A DNA stretch of 63,973 bases, filler included, from Octopus bimaculoides (lineage: Eukaryota): the NCBI RefSeq assembly GCF_001194135.2. It is 5 parts of 5 records of this genome, joined end to end, with 100 filler letters (N's around TTAATTAATTAA, not from the genome) between each part and the next. Parts side by side here need not be neighbours in the genome. Positions count along the whole stretch, not along the records: positions 1 to 8,453 come from NC_068990.1; positions 8,554 to 18,028 come from NC_068984.1; 3 more parts are not named here. One strand, given 5' to 3'. The position numbers were made by a program, and so were the translations under genes. Shown in pieces: positions 1 through 12,351 of this stretch. Each line of letters begins with the position of its first letter. The first letter of the stretch is position 1. A model generated the notes under the pieces. It made no database searches and had not been told where the DNA came from. It saw nothing but the letters and a program-made list of their open reading frames with translations.

Positions 1-659
1 TATATATATGTATGTATATTTACATATATACGCACATGTATACGTGCATATATATATATAAACACATCTATGTATATATGTATAGACAAGTATATGTGTT
101 TGTAAGTGATTACTTTTAATTTGTTTTTGTATTTTAATATGAACTTTATGAAAGAAAATGTCATAATTCACGATTTCACATAAGATGCTTGTTTTTGTTT
201 AAAATTCTAACTAAATAGCAAAAGTATTTCATTTGTTTTCAGGTGGCTTCTAATTACTGTGGACTTATGTCTTTGTGACCAATGAATATAGAATAATTTC
301 GTGGTTTCATTTAATTATTCCGTTATATTTGAAATGTCAAGTTGAAAAATAAATATTCAAATTGAGTTTCTGTGATTTTATATTTATTTTTCTAATTTCA
401 GTTTTCATTTCTAGTTGGAAATTTCTCTGAAGAAAGCTATTTTGGTATTTTTGTGTGCAGAATGAAGATGACTACTCCTATCTTGGTTCTACCTTTTGTG
501 TTTCTTAGAAGTGATGCTGAATCGTAGTTGCAAAATATTTTTTAATCCCAAATCTTTCGAATAATCTTTTTCATGTGGCAATGATAATCCTATCTCTATG
601 TTGGTGGTTACTAAAGAGGATTAGAAAGAAGTTTAGGTGAATAACTTTTTATGTTATAT

Positions 660-1262
660 CCTTTGTTTGTTTCACTCATTAGACTGCAGCCATGTTGGGG
701 CACCACTTTATAGAATTCCCATTGAATGAATTGACCCCAGTATTTATTTTGTCTTTTAAGCTTGATATTTATTCTTTTNNNNNNNNNNNNNNNNNNNNNN
801 NNNNNNNNNNNNNNNNNNNNNNNNNNNNNNNNNNNNNNNNNNNNNNNNNNNNNNNNNNNNNNNNNNNNNNNNNNNNNNNNNNNNNNNNNNNNNNNNNNNN
901 NNNNNNNNNNNNNNNNNNNNNNNNNNNNNNNNNNNNNNNNNNNNNNNNNNNNNNNNNNNNNNNATGAATTGACCCCAGTATTTATTTTGTCTTTTAAGCT
1001 TGATATTTATTCTTTTTGTTCTCTTTTGCTTAACTGCTAAGCTACAGGGATGTAAACACACCAGTACCAGTTATCAAGCAATGGTGGAGGACAAATAAAG
1101 ATGCATACACACATACATGACAGGCTTCTTTCAGTTTCTGTCTAACAAATCTACTTGGTCAGCCCTAGGCTTTAGCAGAAAATATTTACCCAAGATGTTA
1201 CACAGTGGGACAGCCCAGATCTATGTGGTTGGGAGGCAAACTTTTTACCACAGTCACTCCCA
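660..1262 (-). mobile_element. tRNA-derived octopus-type SINE (interrupted by gap)
   Basis: Reverse-strand match to the family at 31567-32145 (tggtaa..tttgc.tcccaaccac head; ggtgc.ccaacatggctgcagt tail). Confidence 0.7.
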
Positions 1263-1565
1263 TGCCTATACTGTTTAATATATGCTTCAGACATTTTAAT
1301 TAAATATGTATAAGTGTCTCTCTATATATTCAATGACCAAGTTTCACATTAAGCTTTCCATCCATTAAGTACAGAAAATCTATAACTTTTCACAAATGTT
1401 TCTGTATTATTTTGAGTTTAGTATGCCTAAATTTTCCATTTGATGTTTGTAGATGTATTGGTATGAGTGAAGAAACTTGTTTGAGGTTTACATAGTGATG
1501 TACGAACCCTTCGCAAACAACTATCATTCATCTGGAGGCGTATGCCATTGCATGAATGGGGTTAA

Positions 1566-1779
1566 CCCTTTAGCATTTAAGCCAGCCATATCTGGCCCAA
1601 ATATTCTACATGTTTTATGTTCAAACTAGCCAGGTCCAGCCTCTCACACTTATCCTACAGTGTCATTCTAAAAATAATCACATCTTAGAAATTTTGAAGC
1701 TACAAGATAATGCATGTTAAATTCAAAATGATATGAATAAATAAGTGTTACATTTGACAGGAATCTGAATGCTAAAGGG
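1566..1779. mobile_element. piggyBac-type MITE
   Basis: TTAA|CCCTTTAGCATT ... AATGCTAAAGGG|TTAA. A partial opposite-end copy lies at about 2161-2240. Confidence 0.85.
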
Positions 1780-2845
1780 TTAATGTACAATAGACTTCTA
1801 AACTAAAGCCATTGTATGCAGCTCATAATAAAAACTAGAACTTGGATCTCGTGACATAGTAGACCAAGATTAGGGATGGTCACATGTCTGAGGTTGAAGG
1901 TTCCTAGATGATTTTGGTACCTATTAGCAACAGCTTGGTGAACTGAAGCTATGTGCAATAAAGTATTTTGCTGAGAAACACAATTAACAACTGCAGCATA
2001 TTTGAACTATGACCCATGATCAGGTGTTCTCTTATCTTATCAGGGTATAGCTTCATTTGTCTTGGCTTTTGTTTTCTGAGTACTCAATTATCATTTACCT
2101 AGGGACATCTGCTGCATGACTACTTAATAGTTAAGTGGGTGCTTAATACTATGTATGATTTAACCCTTTAGCATTTAGATTGCTATGTCAAATGTAATGC
2201 TTATTTATTCACATTGTTTTAAATTAATCATGCATTATCTCATAGCTGTGAGAATTCCCTCCTTGTTCATGTGTTTCTCACTTTTTATTGTCTTACAATG
2301 GTCCAAGAGCAACATTAATAGCATTAATCTCCAAAGGCCATAGGTACTGCCTCTTCCTCCAGACCCTTCGATTAAAAAAGCAAAAAAAACATGCCAGCAC
2401 TTTGCTATAAATAAAATGAGTCTCTTCCTAGTTTATTTAATACACCTGCCTACTTAGTGAGTGATAATGTTGGTAGAATAAATACTAGACAAAGTATTGG
2501 GTGGATTTAATTGACGAAAATAGCCCTTAAATGGTTACCACTCTGTAACTGAAAGCTAGTAACAGAATAACTATCATCAGTGGTTGCTACAGCTATTTTA
2601 TTCTAAGCATCTTAAGCAACTGTGTAACTTTACTAAAGTCATGCAGTCTCTTCCTTACTAAGACTTTTTGACTAATGTATATGTTTATACATACACTATA
2701 TATAAAAGCAAGGCTACAGGTTTAGACACAGCTCATTGTTATGAGTAACATTTCAGAAAAGAATATTTGTTTATTTTGCTGACATCTGTTTATTTTTTAA
2801 ATAATGAGTTAGGACAGTTAGTTTTCTGTTTGTCTGTCATTATAT

Positions 2846-2893
<48 letters not shown>

Positions 2894-3899
2894 TTCCTCA
2901 TCATCATCACCATCATCATTTAACATCCATCTTCCATGCTGGTATGGGTTGGGCAGTTTTACAGGAGCCAACCAGGTAGAAGACTACACCATGCTATTGT
3001 ATCTGTTTTGTCATGGCTTTTATGACTAGATGCCCTTCCAAACACCAACTATCCCGTAAAGTGGACTGAGTACTTTTTAGGTGGCACCAGCACAAGCAAG
3101 GTCAGTTTTGGCATGTATCAGATGATGAAAGGTTAGAGTGTGACAGAAACATAAACAGGTGTCTTTCTATAGAGGAGGTACATGGTTACCTGGCCAAGAG
3201 AGAGGGAGAGAGTGGTAACAAGAAAGTGGACAGAAACACATGCTATAGAGGAGATACATGGGTACCCAACCAGAAGAAAGAGAGAGAGTGGGAGACAGCA
3301 AGAGAGATGATGGTGAAGTGCCAGGGTATAGTCACAAGGAATGAGCGTAGATGGGATGGGAGTTACGAAGAGAAAGATAAATGGTATCAATTCCCAGGGC
3401 ATGCCCTCAACGTATGGGGACATAATATATGTGGCCAGGTATTACCAAGAAGGTGCAAGTAGAGAGCAGGGGTGGTGGGGATTGCAGTGACTGGTGAGAA
3501 TCTGGATATAAAGAGGGGGATGGGGAAAGCAGCAAGGATGGAGAATGGGAGAAAATCATAGTGTATGAAGAGGAAATGTGAAGAAGAGAAAAGATGCAGT
3601 TTGGGAGAGGAGATACAGTTTAGATCCAAGGGGTAGGGTATTCTTTTCTTTTACTTGTTTCAGTCATTTCACTGCAGCCATGCTGGAGCACCACTTTTAG
3701 TCATTGAAGAAATTGACCCCAGGGCTTATTCTTTGTAAGCCTAGTACTTATTCTATCGGCATCTCTTTGCCGAACCTCTAAGTTACAGGGTATGTGAAAT
3801 TTTTTTTGTTATGTGTGGGTAGGACTCAATACTTCTAGCACTCAGTTACACTGACATGGGCAGGTCTTCTCTAGAACCTCATAGCACCAGACATCTTGG

Positions 3900-4470
3900 T
3901 CCATTGTCATTTCCTCCATGAGACATAACATCCTAAGATTGGTCCTCACCAGTTCATCTCATGTCTTCCTGGTTCTGCCTCTCCCACAGGTACCATCCAC
4001 CTTCAGTGATTGGCTCTTCCTTATACAGCTATCTTCATTCATGCACATCACATGTCCTAACCAATGTAGTCTCTCCTCCTGCATGCCCAACTTTTCTCTC
4101 GACACAGTTATACTTTGCTGTTCATCTACAGTGATCATGCACATCCAGCAGAGTATACTACCCTCATTCCTCTTCAGTCTACACATGTTCTCTACATTCA
4201 GAGCCCATATCTCACTATCATGGAGTATGGCCAATCATACACAAGCATCATACAATTTGCCTTCCACTCTGACAGAGACACATTTTGTCGCTAACAGAGG
4301 CAATGCTTCTCTGAAATTCCTGCATCCTATTCTTATTCTAGAAAGAAAAATTTCAAAGCATCCACCAACATTACTAATTTGGTCAGCTAAGTAGCAAAAA
4401 ATATCTGCAACCTCAAGAAATCCTCTTGAGTATTTCAGAGAGACTAAATACCATGTGCTCTTAGTGCTTA
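3900..4470 (-). mobile_element. RTE-clade LINE 3' fragment
   Basis: FCYLADQISNVGGC, GKLYDACV, LHDSEIWAL, RLHWLGHVMCMNEDS and GTCGRGRTRKT match the RTE post-RT region. Confidence 0.85.
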
Positions 4471-4537
4471 CTGTTCCTGCATATTTGCCACACACACACA
4501 CACATATATATAAATATATACACACACATATATGGAC

Positions 4538-4568
<31 letters not shown>

Positions 4569-4672
4569 CACATATATAACAACCAGTATACTGGTTGAGT
4601 GCCCTTTCGTTTGTCCACTCAAGCATATATATATATATATATATATATATAGATAGATAGATAGATAGATAT

Positions 4673-5270
4673 ATAATTTAAATATAGTATAAAATCTTTA
4701 TAAGAATTTATCAAGTAGCGTGAAAAACCTCATAAGGGAAAAATTTATTAATCATTCCCTATAAATATATTTATTTATATTAAGGGCATTACTATACATA
4801 AATGCCTCATGCTAGGAGGGACTCAGTCAAAACTACCATAATAAACACATTGTACCAAACACGTGGGAATACAACTCTCGAAATGAGCCTTTTAAAACCA
4901 GACTCAATTGCATATCGTATGATTTCATTATTAGTGCACAAAATGCACTTTTTAATTGTCAGTGCAAGCATAGTCAAGACATAAAAATAAACAAAGATCA
5001 ACATACCAGACGAATACCACATGTATACAGCATAGTACTTAGAAATTGTTCACACTTATGTATCTATGCAAGAGGCAGGCTTTTTGAATTGCATCTCAGT
5101 ACACGTGTTTATTCAAAATAAAATTCAGCACTGAATATATTCCGGTTAAATTTACAATTTAAATATAGTATAAAATCTTTATAAGAATTTATCAAGTAGT
5201 TAGCGTGAAAAACCTCATAAGGGAAAAATTTATTAATTATTCCCTATAGATATATTTATTTATTTGGTTC
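4673..5270 (+). repeat. About 480-500-bp unclassified repeat module in (TA)n, with direct repeat of its first about 110 bp
   Basis: aatatagtataaaatctttataagaatttatcaagt..gcgtgaaaaacctcataaggg occurs at 4681 and 5162 (period 481). The same family occurs at 40673-41470. Confidence 0.75.
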
Positions 5271-6522
5271 CATTTCAAAAAACATAGATATATATATATA
5301 TATATAGATAGATAGATAGATAGATATACGGTGGTGCTCCAGCATGACCACAGCCACTTGGCTGAAACGCATAAATAAATATATAGATAGATATATATCA
5401 TCATCACCGTTTAACGTCTGCTTTCCATGCTAGCATGGGTTGGACGATTTGACTGAGGACTGATGGACCAGGAGGCGACACCAGGCTCCAATCTGATTTA
5501 GCTCAGTTTCTACAGCTGGATGCCCTTCCTAACGCCAACCACTCTGAGAGTGTAGTGGGTGCTTTTACATGATTTCTTTCTTTCCTTTCCCGAGCGTCTA
5601 GTAACATAATCTGTATCACGTCCTCACGTTGTTGTTTTTTTGTCTTTTTCCTTTTTTGNNNNNNNNNNNNNNNNNNNNNNNNNNNNNNNNNNNNNNNNNN
5701 NNNNNNNNNNNNNNNNNNNNNNNNNNNNNNNNNNNNNNNNNNNNNNNNNNNNNNNNNNNNNNNNNNNNNNNNNNNNNNNNNNNNNNNNNNNNNNNNNNNN
5801 NNNNNNNNNNNNNNNNNNNNNNNNNNNNNNNNNNNNNNNNNNNNNNNNNNNNNNNNNNNNNNNNNNNNNNNNNNNNNNNNNNNNNNNNNNNNNNNNNNNN
5901 NNNNNNNNNNNNNNNNNNNNNNNNNNNNNNNNNNNNNNNNNNNNNNNNNNNNNNNNNNNNNNNNNNNNNNNNNNNNNNNNNNNNNNNNNNNNNNNNNNNN
6001 NNNNNNNNNNNNNNNNNNNNNNNNNNNNNNNNNNNNNNNNNNNNNNNNNNNNNNNNNNNNNNNNNNNNNNNNNNNNNNNNNNNNNNNNNNNNNNNNNNNN
6101 NNNNNNNNNNNNNNNNNNNNNNNNNNNNNNNNNNNNNNNNNNNNNNNNNNNNNNNNNNNNNNNNNNNNNNNNNNNNNNNNNNNNNNNNNNNNNNNNNNNN
6201 NNNNNNNNNNNNNNNNNNNNNNNNNNNNNNNNNNNNNNNNNNNNNNNNNNNNNNNNNNNNNNNNNNNNNNNNNNNNNNNNNNNNNNNNNNNNNNNNNNNN
6301 NNNNNNNNNNNNNNNNNNNNNNNNNNNNNNNNNNNNNNNNNNNNNNNNNNNNNNNNNNNNNNNNNNNNNNNNNNNNNNNNNNNNNNNNNNNNNNNNNNNN
6401 NNNNNNNNNNNNNNNNNNNNNNNNNNNNNNNNNNNNNNNNNNNNNNNNNNNNNNNNNNNNNNNNNNNNNNNNNNNNNNNNNNNNNNNNNNNNNNNNNNNN
6501 NNNNNNNNNNNNNNNNNNNNNN

Positions 6523-6553
<31 letters not shown>

Positions 6554-6689
6554 TATATTCATTTTGTTTTATATCTAGTTACAGCTCAGGAGCTGTGGCC
6601 ATGCTGGGGCACCGCCGTTTGATGTTGCTACGTAATTTTATTATGCGAATGCTTTTTAGGAATTGACAGTTGGTGCATGAGAGAGTTTG

Positions 6690-7240
6690 ATGCCGCAGCC
6701 CTCATCTGCACCTCCTGCCGCTAAGTTGGTTCATCCGGGACACTTGACAGTAAGAGGTCCAGCTTTATTTTGAAGACACCTACATCCACCCCATGCAGGT
6801 CTCTTAGGTCCTTAGGGAGGATATTAAAGAGCTGTGGACCTCTGCAACCCAGGCTATTGCAGTATCTTGTCCTACATCTTGATGGCCAATCTGGAGTCCT
6901 TGGCACAATGCAGTGACACCCAGTTCTAGTATTTGTGTAACTCTCAATACCAAAGTTTGGGACAAGTCCTTCCAGATGTATATTATGGCATATCTTTCTT
7001 GCCTACGCTCTAAAGAATTGAGTCTTTCCCAGTAGCTTATACGCTGCATAGATTCTTCTTCGTGTAGATTTGTTGGATTGCCTCAAATTCTCAGATTAAT
7101 TTGACACTGGTTGGTTACCTTAGCTGAGAGCAATAGTCAAAGTGGCTTAGGACTAGTGTCATCCAGAGGACCATCATGGTTTCCTGATCTCTTGTTCTAC
7201 AAGTTCTAAGATTCCATCCATCCAGCCGCCTGCATTTCAT
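6690..7240 (-). mobile_element. CR1-like LINE 3' fragment
   Basis: Peptides LWMTLVLSHFDYCSQL, SLERRQERYAIIYIWK and CRGPQLFNILPKDLRDL...FKIKLDLLLSSVPDEP are typical of the CR1-group ORF2 C-terminus. Confidence 0.75.
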
Positions 7241-7333
7241 TGCTAATTTATATATACACATATTTATACATACATATATATATATATATTTAAACATATA
7301 TATATACACATGTACATACACATATATATACAT

Positions 7334-7389
<56 letters not shown>

Positions 7390-7400
7390 GCATATATATA

Positions 7401-8453
7401 TTAGGTTGGCAACTAAGTTCCCGCCGTTTTTTAAAATTTGATATTTTAAAAGGTTTAATAAAAAATAACTAATTAATCAATAATGTATTCACCCTTGTTC
7501 CCAAAGTTCAACAAGGTTTTCAATGCCTCATTGGTAGAAATCACCTGATTTCAACTTGAAAAATTGATCCAACCAAGCTCTCAATACTACATCAGTACTA
7601 AATGAAATTCCTTGCATAGCATTTGAAAGAGATCGTAAGAGGTGAAAATCCGTTGGTCCCAAATCAGAAGAGTATGGCAGGTGTGGCAACACTTCCCAGC
7701 CATGCGTTTGAATGGCTTCATATTGGTGATATGAGGGCGGGCGTTGTTGTACAGCAGAGGAACTCCATGCCTCCGATTAGGTCTTTTCTCTGGAATAGTC
7801 ATATTGAGTTATTCCATATGTTGGACATTGACCATTTCACATTGACCATTTGGTTCCGTGCAAGCCATTCATAATGGATAATTCCATCCCAGTCCCACCA
7901 TACACACAACATTGTTTTGCGTGGATGAAAATCTTGTTGCTTGTTTACCGGAAGTAAGTAATTTCTTATGCTGCTTCATATTGATGTACAGGCACCCTTT
8001 TTCATCGTCAATAACGATTCGGTAAAGAAATCATTGCTTGTGTCTATGACTTGAGCGGTGACGAGCAAGCAAACCAGCAGAGATTGTGGCTCGTTGATTT
8101 TTGTTGTTGTCACTTAAAGCATGCAGAACACATGCTTCATACTTCTGAACCTCTCCCATCAAGTGAAGATGCTTCTCTATAGCAGTGTGGAAGCAATCCA
8201 TTTTCTCTGCCAGTTCCCTTGTCGTTTGACGAGAATTTTCGTGCAAAAGTTGGTTTAATAGTTCTTCATCGAACTCAACATGACAGCCAGAATGAGGTGC
8301 GTCTTTGAGGTCAAAATTTCCATTTTTGAACTTGGCATACCAATCACAAGTGGTTCTTTAAGCTATGGCACCCTCTCCATACATAGCACAAATGTCACGA
8401 GCAGCTTTTGCGGCCTTAGAACCTTGATTAAAAGCAAAAAGAAGGAGGTGTCA
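7401..8453 (-). mobile_element. Mariner (Tc1/mariner) transposon remnant, truncated by spacer
   Basis: TA followed by the TIR TTAGGTTGGCAACTAAGTTCCCGCCGTTTT. Minus-strand transposase relics: HTH (QTTRELAEKM), ACVLHAL (WVPHEL-like), FLYRIVIDDEK, LLYNNARPH and PYSSDLGPTDF (YSPDLAP-like). Frameshifted. Confidence 0.9.
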
Positions 8454-8553
8454 NNNNNNNNNNNNNNNNNNNNNNNNNNNNNNNNNNNNNNNNNNNNTTA
8501 ATTAATTAANNNNNNNNNNNNNNNNNNNNNNNNNNNNNNNNNNNNNNNNNNNN
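8454..8553. other. Artificial scaffold spacer 44N-TTAATTAATTAA-44N
   Basis: Exactly 100 bp, with a palindromic six-frame stop linker at 8498-8509. Confidence 0.95.
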
Positions 8554-8625
<72 letters not shown>

Positions 8626-10199
8626 TAATGTATCAATTCATATATGAGTGTGTGTTTGTGTGTGTGTATTGGGATTCTCTGTCCGTAGGGCATAATTGGC
8701 GTCAGTTGTCTTCATTGCATGTGAACGAGGATTAGGTAAATGTGCTGAATAAAATAAGCATGGGCCTCGTATGAATTGCTCATTATCGATTTGACTGTAT
8801 TAGTAGATATAAAGAGATTGTGACTTTAAATGAATCACCTTTTGGATTACCCGAAAGTCACAAATCAATAATTTATTCGATGCAATGTGAGAGCAAGTGC
8901 GAACGAAGGTATTTTAATCGCTTCGTAACCACAAATTCACTGGTTGAACATTATGCGAGCTTCGTCTTCACTTTCTGTCAGACGTTATGCGTGAGACCAT
9001 GATTGTGTAAGCTATACAAATTCAGTGAAACAATACAGAATCTGACTAACTCACCTAACATCCAAATACTGTGGTTCAAATTCTCGCTCGCAAAATTATA
9101 CACAGCCGTATGATGAATTCTGTACCATGGCAGACGATAGCCGTCTCAATCAGACTACGTAATCTCGACAGTTTCCGCTATGTTTGTGACATCTATGAGC
9201 TCTGAGCCATGGCTGCAGGACTTTATTAAAGTCCTGAGAGACAAGATGAACAAGAAAGAATGAGTTATCCCTTCGTCGTTGGTTGGTTTAAATCGACATA
9301 CGCTTGTGAAACACTTATCTTACACTCTAAACATCAATAACTGGAATCTAGTGACAAGAGTTACGTGATGGCTGCCGACTGCATGACCCAAACGCCTGAT
9401 TTCAGAGTACTTTCCCTTAGACTCGCACGTCAGTAAGGATTTTAAAGAATCATAGGTAATTGTTCAGTTTACGTTTGTAAAATCAAAACCTATTGTTGAC
9501 AATATTGATAATTTTGATTTTAGTTACAGGTTTCGTTTTGTTTTTACCCAGTTCTTGTTCATTTTATATCTTTTCTGAGGCGTACTTTTAGCTGCAAGTC
9601 CGTTTTAAGAAAGGAAAGACGAAAACAGTAAGAAATAATAACTAGATAACCAGTCAGACATCCAGATTAATGTGTGAGAGATACAAATAGATACTTCTAT
9701 AAGTCGTGTAAATAATCATTTTCTCCAAATCTAGGCAAGAAATCAGTTATAAATAACAGATAAAAATGACGAGGGGTGACAAGAGTGAATAAAGTATCGG
9801 ACAACATACTTTGGTGCATCTAGTTATGTCCCTTTCATTTTTTTTTTTTTTTTGCGAACATAATCTGAACAATTACCGGATCATATATGCGCAAAATCGG
9901 ATTACTGCTTCTTCCACTCCTTAATTAATCTTATGTCTTTTATCCTGAAATGTGCTACAAACGCATCTCCTCAGTTAGCTAGTTTGGTGAACTCGCCAGT
10001 TTAGTAGACGACGACCCGATTATTAAACAGGTTTTATTGGGTTACATACTACCTGTAGCACTCTAGAGTGACCAGGATAGCAAACAATAGAAAGATAGAA
10101 GACTTGTTTGCATTGGAGTGACAGCATGTTATATATCTCTATTCTGACATTCTGATCTTTATTCTGTAACGTGATCCACTCAGTACATTAACGCACAAA

Positions 10200-10420
10200 G
10201 GCGTTGAACTGGGTGAGTCGTTAGATCGTAAGCCATACAACGTTGTATCATTTCTTCCCGCTCCTTACGTCCTGAGTTCAAATTCCGCCCAAGTGAACTT
10301 TACTTTTTATCCTTTCGAGGTCAATAAAATAAAGTACAAGCAAAGTACTTAGATTTATATGATTGACTTGCCTCTCTCCCTAAATGCTTTTGGCCTTGTG
10401 TCAAAATTAGAAAGAACTAA
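10200..10420 (+). mobile_element. Second tRNA-derived SINE family
   Basis: tcctgagttcaaattccgcc..gtgaactttacttt.atcctttcg.ggtcaataaaataaagtac. Related copies at about 25690-25790, 48085-48370 (-) and 48885-49080. Confidence 0.7.
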
Positions 10421-10759
10421 ATTAACATAAATTTTGCCGCAGCTATAGTTTATTCTGTCATATAACTTGATACACAAGCATGATGTACAATATTTAATCG
10501 CACATCAACTGGAAACCTCGACTGGTCAAACACTACTTTCACTTTGGGCGCAGTCAGCGTTCATACAGCCACGCGATCCCCAATGATTGGATCTCAAACA
10601 AAGTAACTTAATTCAATGTCTAGACTCGTCACTATGTCACTCCACTCGAACCGTACCTCAGCTGATGGCAGTTTGTGCTATAATTAACTTCCTCCCCTTA
10701 AAATTCAGAATTGTTAAGATTCCAGTCAGAATCAGGACATTTACTGTATAGTTCCTCGC

Positions 10760-11348
10760 GGATCTTTTTTAAAACGGGGGCCACATTTTTCATTAACGAA
10801 ACACTTTGAAACTTGGAACACTGGTAGAATGTGTCATATAAAACATCTTTTTCTCTTAGTCTTCTTAAAAAAAAAAGAAATCCATAAATTATTCCATGTT
10901 AAAGTTGTCGTATTTCTGTAATTTCAACCAATCACTGACGTCCATTCAGCCAATATACATTTAGTGCCGACTACATAAACAAACGATTCTGAAACAATTA
11001 ACCCTAACCCTAACCCTAACTCTAACCCTAACCCTACCCCTAGGGTTAGGGTTAGGGTTAGGGTTAGGGTTAGGGTTAAAGCAAATTTAAAATGAAAAAA
11101 GCAAATAAAACGAAGAATCGTTTGTTTATGTAGTCGGCACTTAATGTATATCGGCTGAATGGACGTCAGTGATTGGTTGAAATTATCGAAATAAGACAAT
11201 TTTTTACATGAAATAAATTCGAATACAAAAATATTTTTCTGTTCTATAACACAAAATAAATAATATACGAAGTTTGAAAGTCTTTCGGTACCAAAAACAC
11301 TACGTAAAACATTAATGAAAAATGTGGCCCCCGTTTTAAAAAAGATCC
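10760..11348. mobile_element. Palindromic MITE, Merlin-like (GG termini, 8-bp TSD), with central telomeric repeats
   Basis: TIR GGATCTTTTTTAAAACGGGGGCCACATTTTTCATTAA. Exact TSD TTCCTCGC (10752-10759 and 11349-11356). Inner inverted arms at about 10921-10990 and 11117-11186. Confidence 0.85.
10999..11078. repeat. Back-to-back (CCCTAA)n-(TTAGGG)n telomeric-type repeat
   Basis: About six CCCTAA units directly followed by about six TTAGGG units around CCCCTAGGG. Confidence 0.95.
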
Positions 11349-11591
11349 TTCCTCGCCTCTCCATCTCAAACTGTTTATGAAAATCATATGATGAAAGCAG
11401 TGTTAACCTAAATGAACCATTTTAAAGAATCCAAAAACATTTTCAACATCATTTCTACCTACATGTCTAAAACTAAAAAGTAAGTTCTTTTTTAAAAACA
11501 AACACGATTACACACACACATGGACGTATATATACGACATAAACACCCATAAATACACACACACATAAACACAAACACACACACACACACA

Positions 11592-11639
<48 letters not shown>

Positions 11640-12315
11640 CCGAAAGAGAGAGAGGAGGAGGATACAGAGTGAGATGGGGATACAGAGAGAGAAAGAGATG
11701 GGTGGCAGTTTAAAGCTTATATATTCAACGAAGATAGATAAAAACAAAATTTAGCAAAGCTATGAAAGTAGAAAGTAGGTTTGTTTAAATACATGGGTGT
11801 GTGTATTTGTGTGTGCGTGCGTGTGTGTTTTTGTGTGTGTGGATGAATACAATATATATATGTATAATTTCCAGCTCCATTTTAATTTTATGCCAGTATA
11901 TTCCATTCAGTCTTAGATATATTTCTTCTAAAGAAAGGTGGTTTCACCATTTCTCGGTTCGATAGCTGTACAATGTAAGTCGAATAAATAGCTATGTTAG
12001 TAGATTTTATCTCTGTAATTATTCGTGTCAATAACACGCCTTAGGTACGGAAGTGATTATCTTTATTCGCGTTCATGCGTGGCACATGAAAATTGATGGT
12101 AATTACGATATATTGAATGAGAAGAAATTTGACGTCAACCTTAAGCTAAAATACTTTTACCTAGTAAGGAAAATAATTATTAGTGTCCGTCTTGTATTGC
12201 GTCAAGAGCATTATATCAGTTGTATGTGCGAGTGTGCGTGTGTGTGTTTAAGAATATGTATATATGTATATTCAAGAATATATATGTATATGCTTATGTA
12301 TGGATATATATATGC

Positions 12316-12351
<36 letters not shown>

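Noticed and set aside
243-278. Possible terminal exon VASNYCGLMSL* with AATAAA at about 348
   Set aside because: Too short to distinguish from chance; no upstream exon in the window.
723-1018. About 55-bp direct repeat either side of the 779-963 gap
   Set aside because: Typical unmerged contig overlap, an assembly artefact.
10999-11078. Ancient telomere-telomere chromosome fusion site
   Set aside because: Orientation is CCCTAA then TTAGGG (opposite to a fusion), and it lies inside a TSD-flanked MITE.
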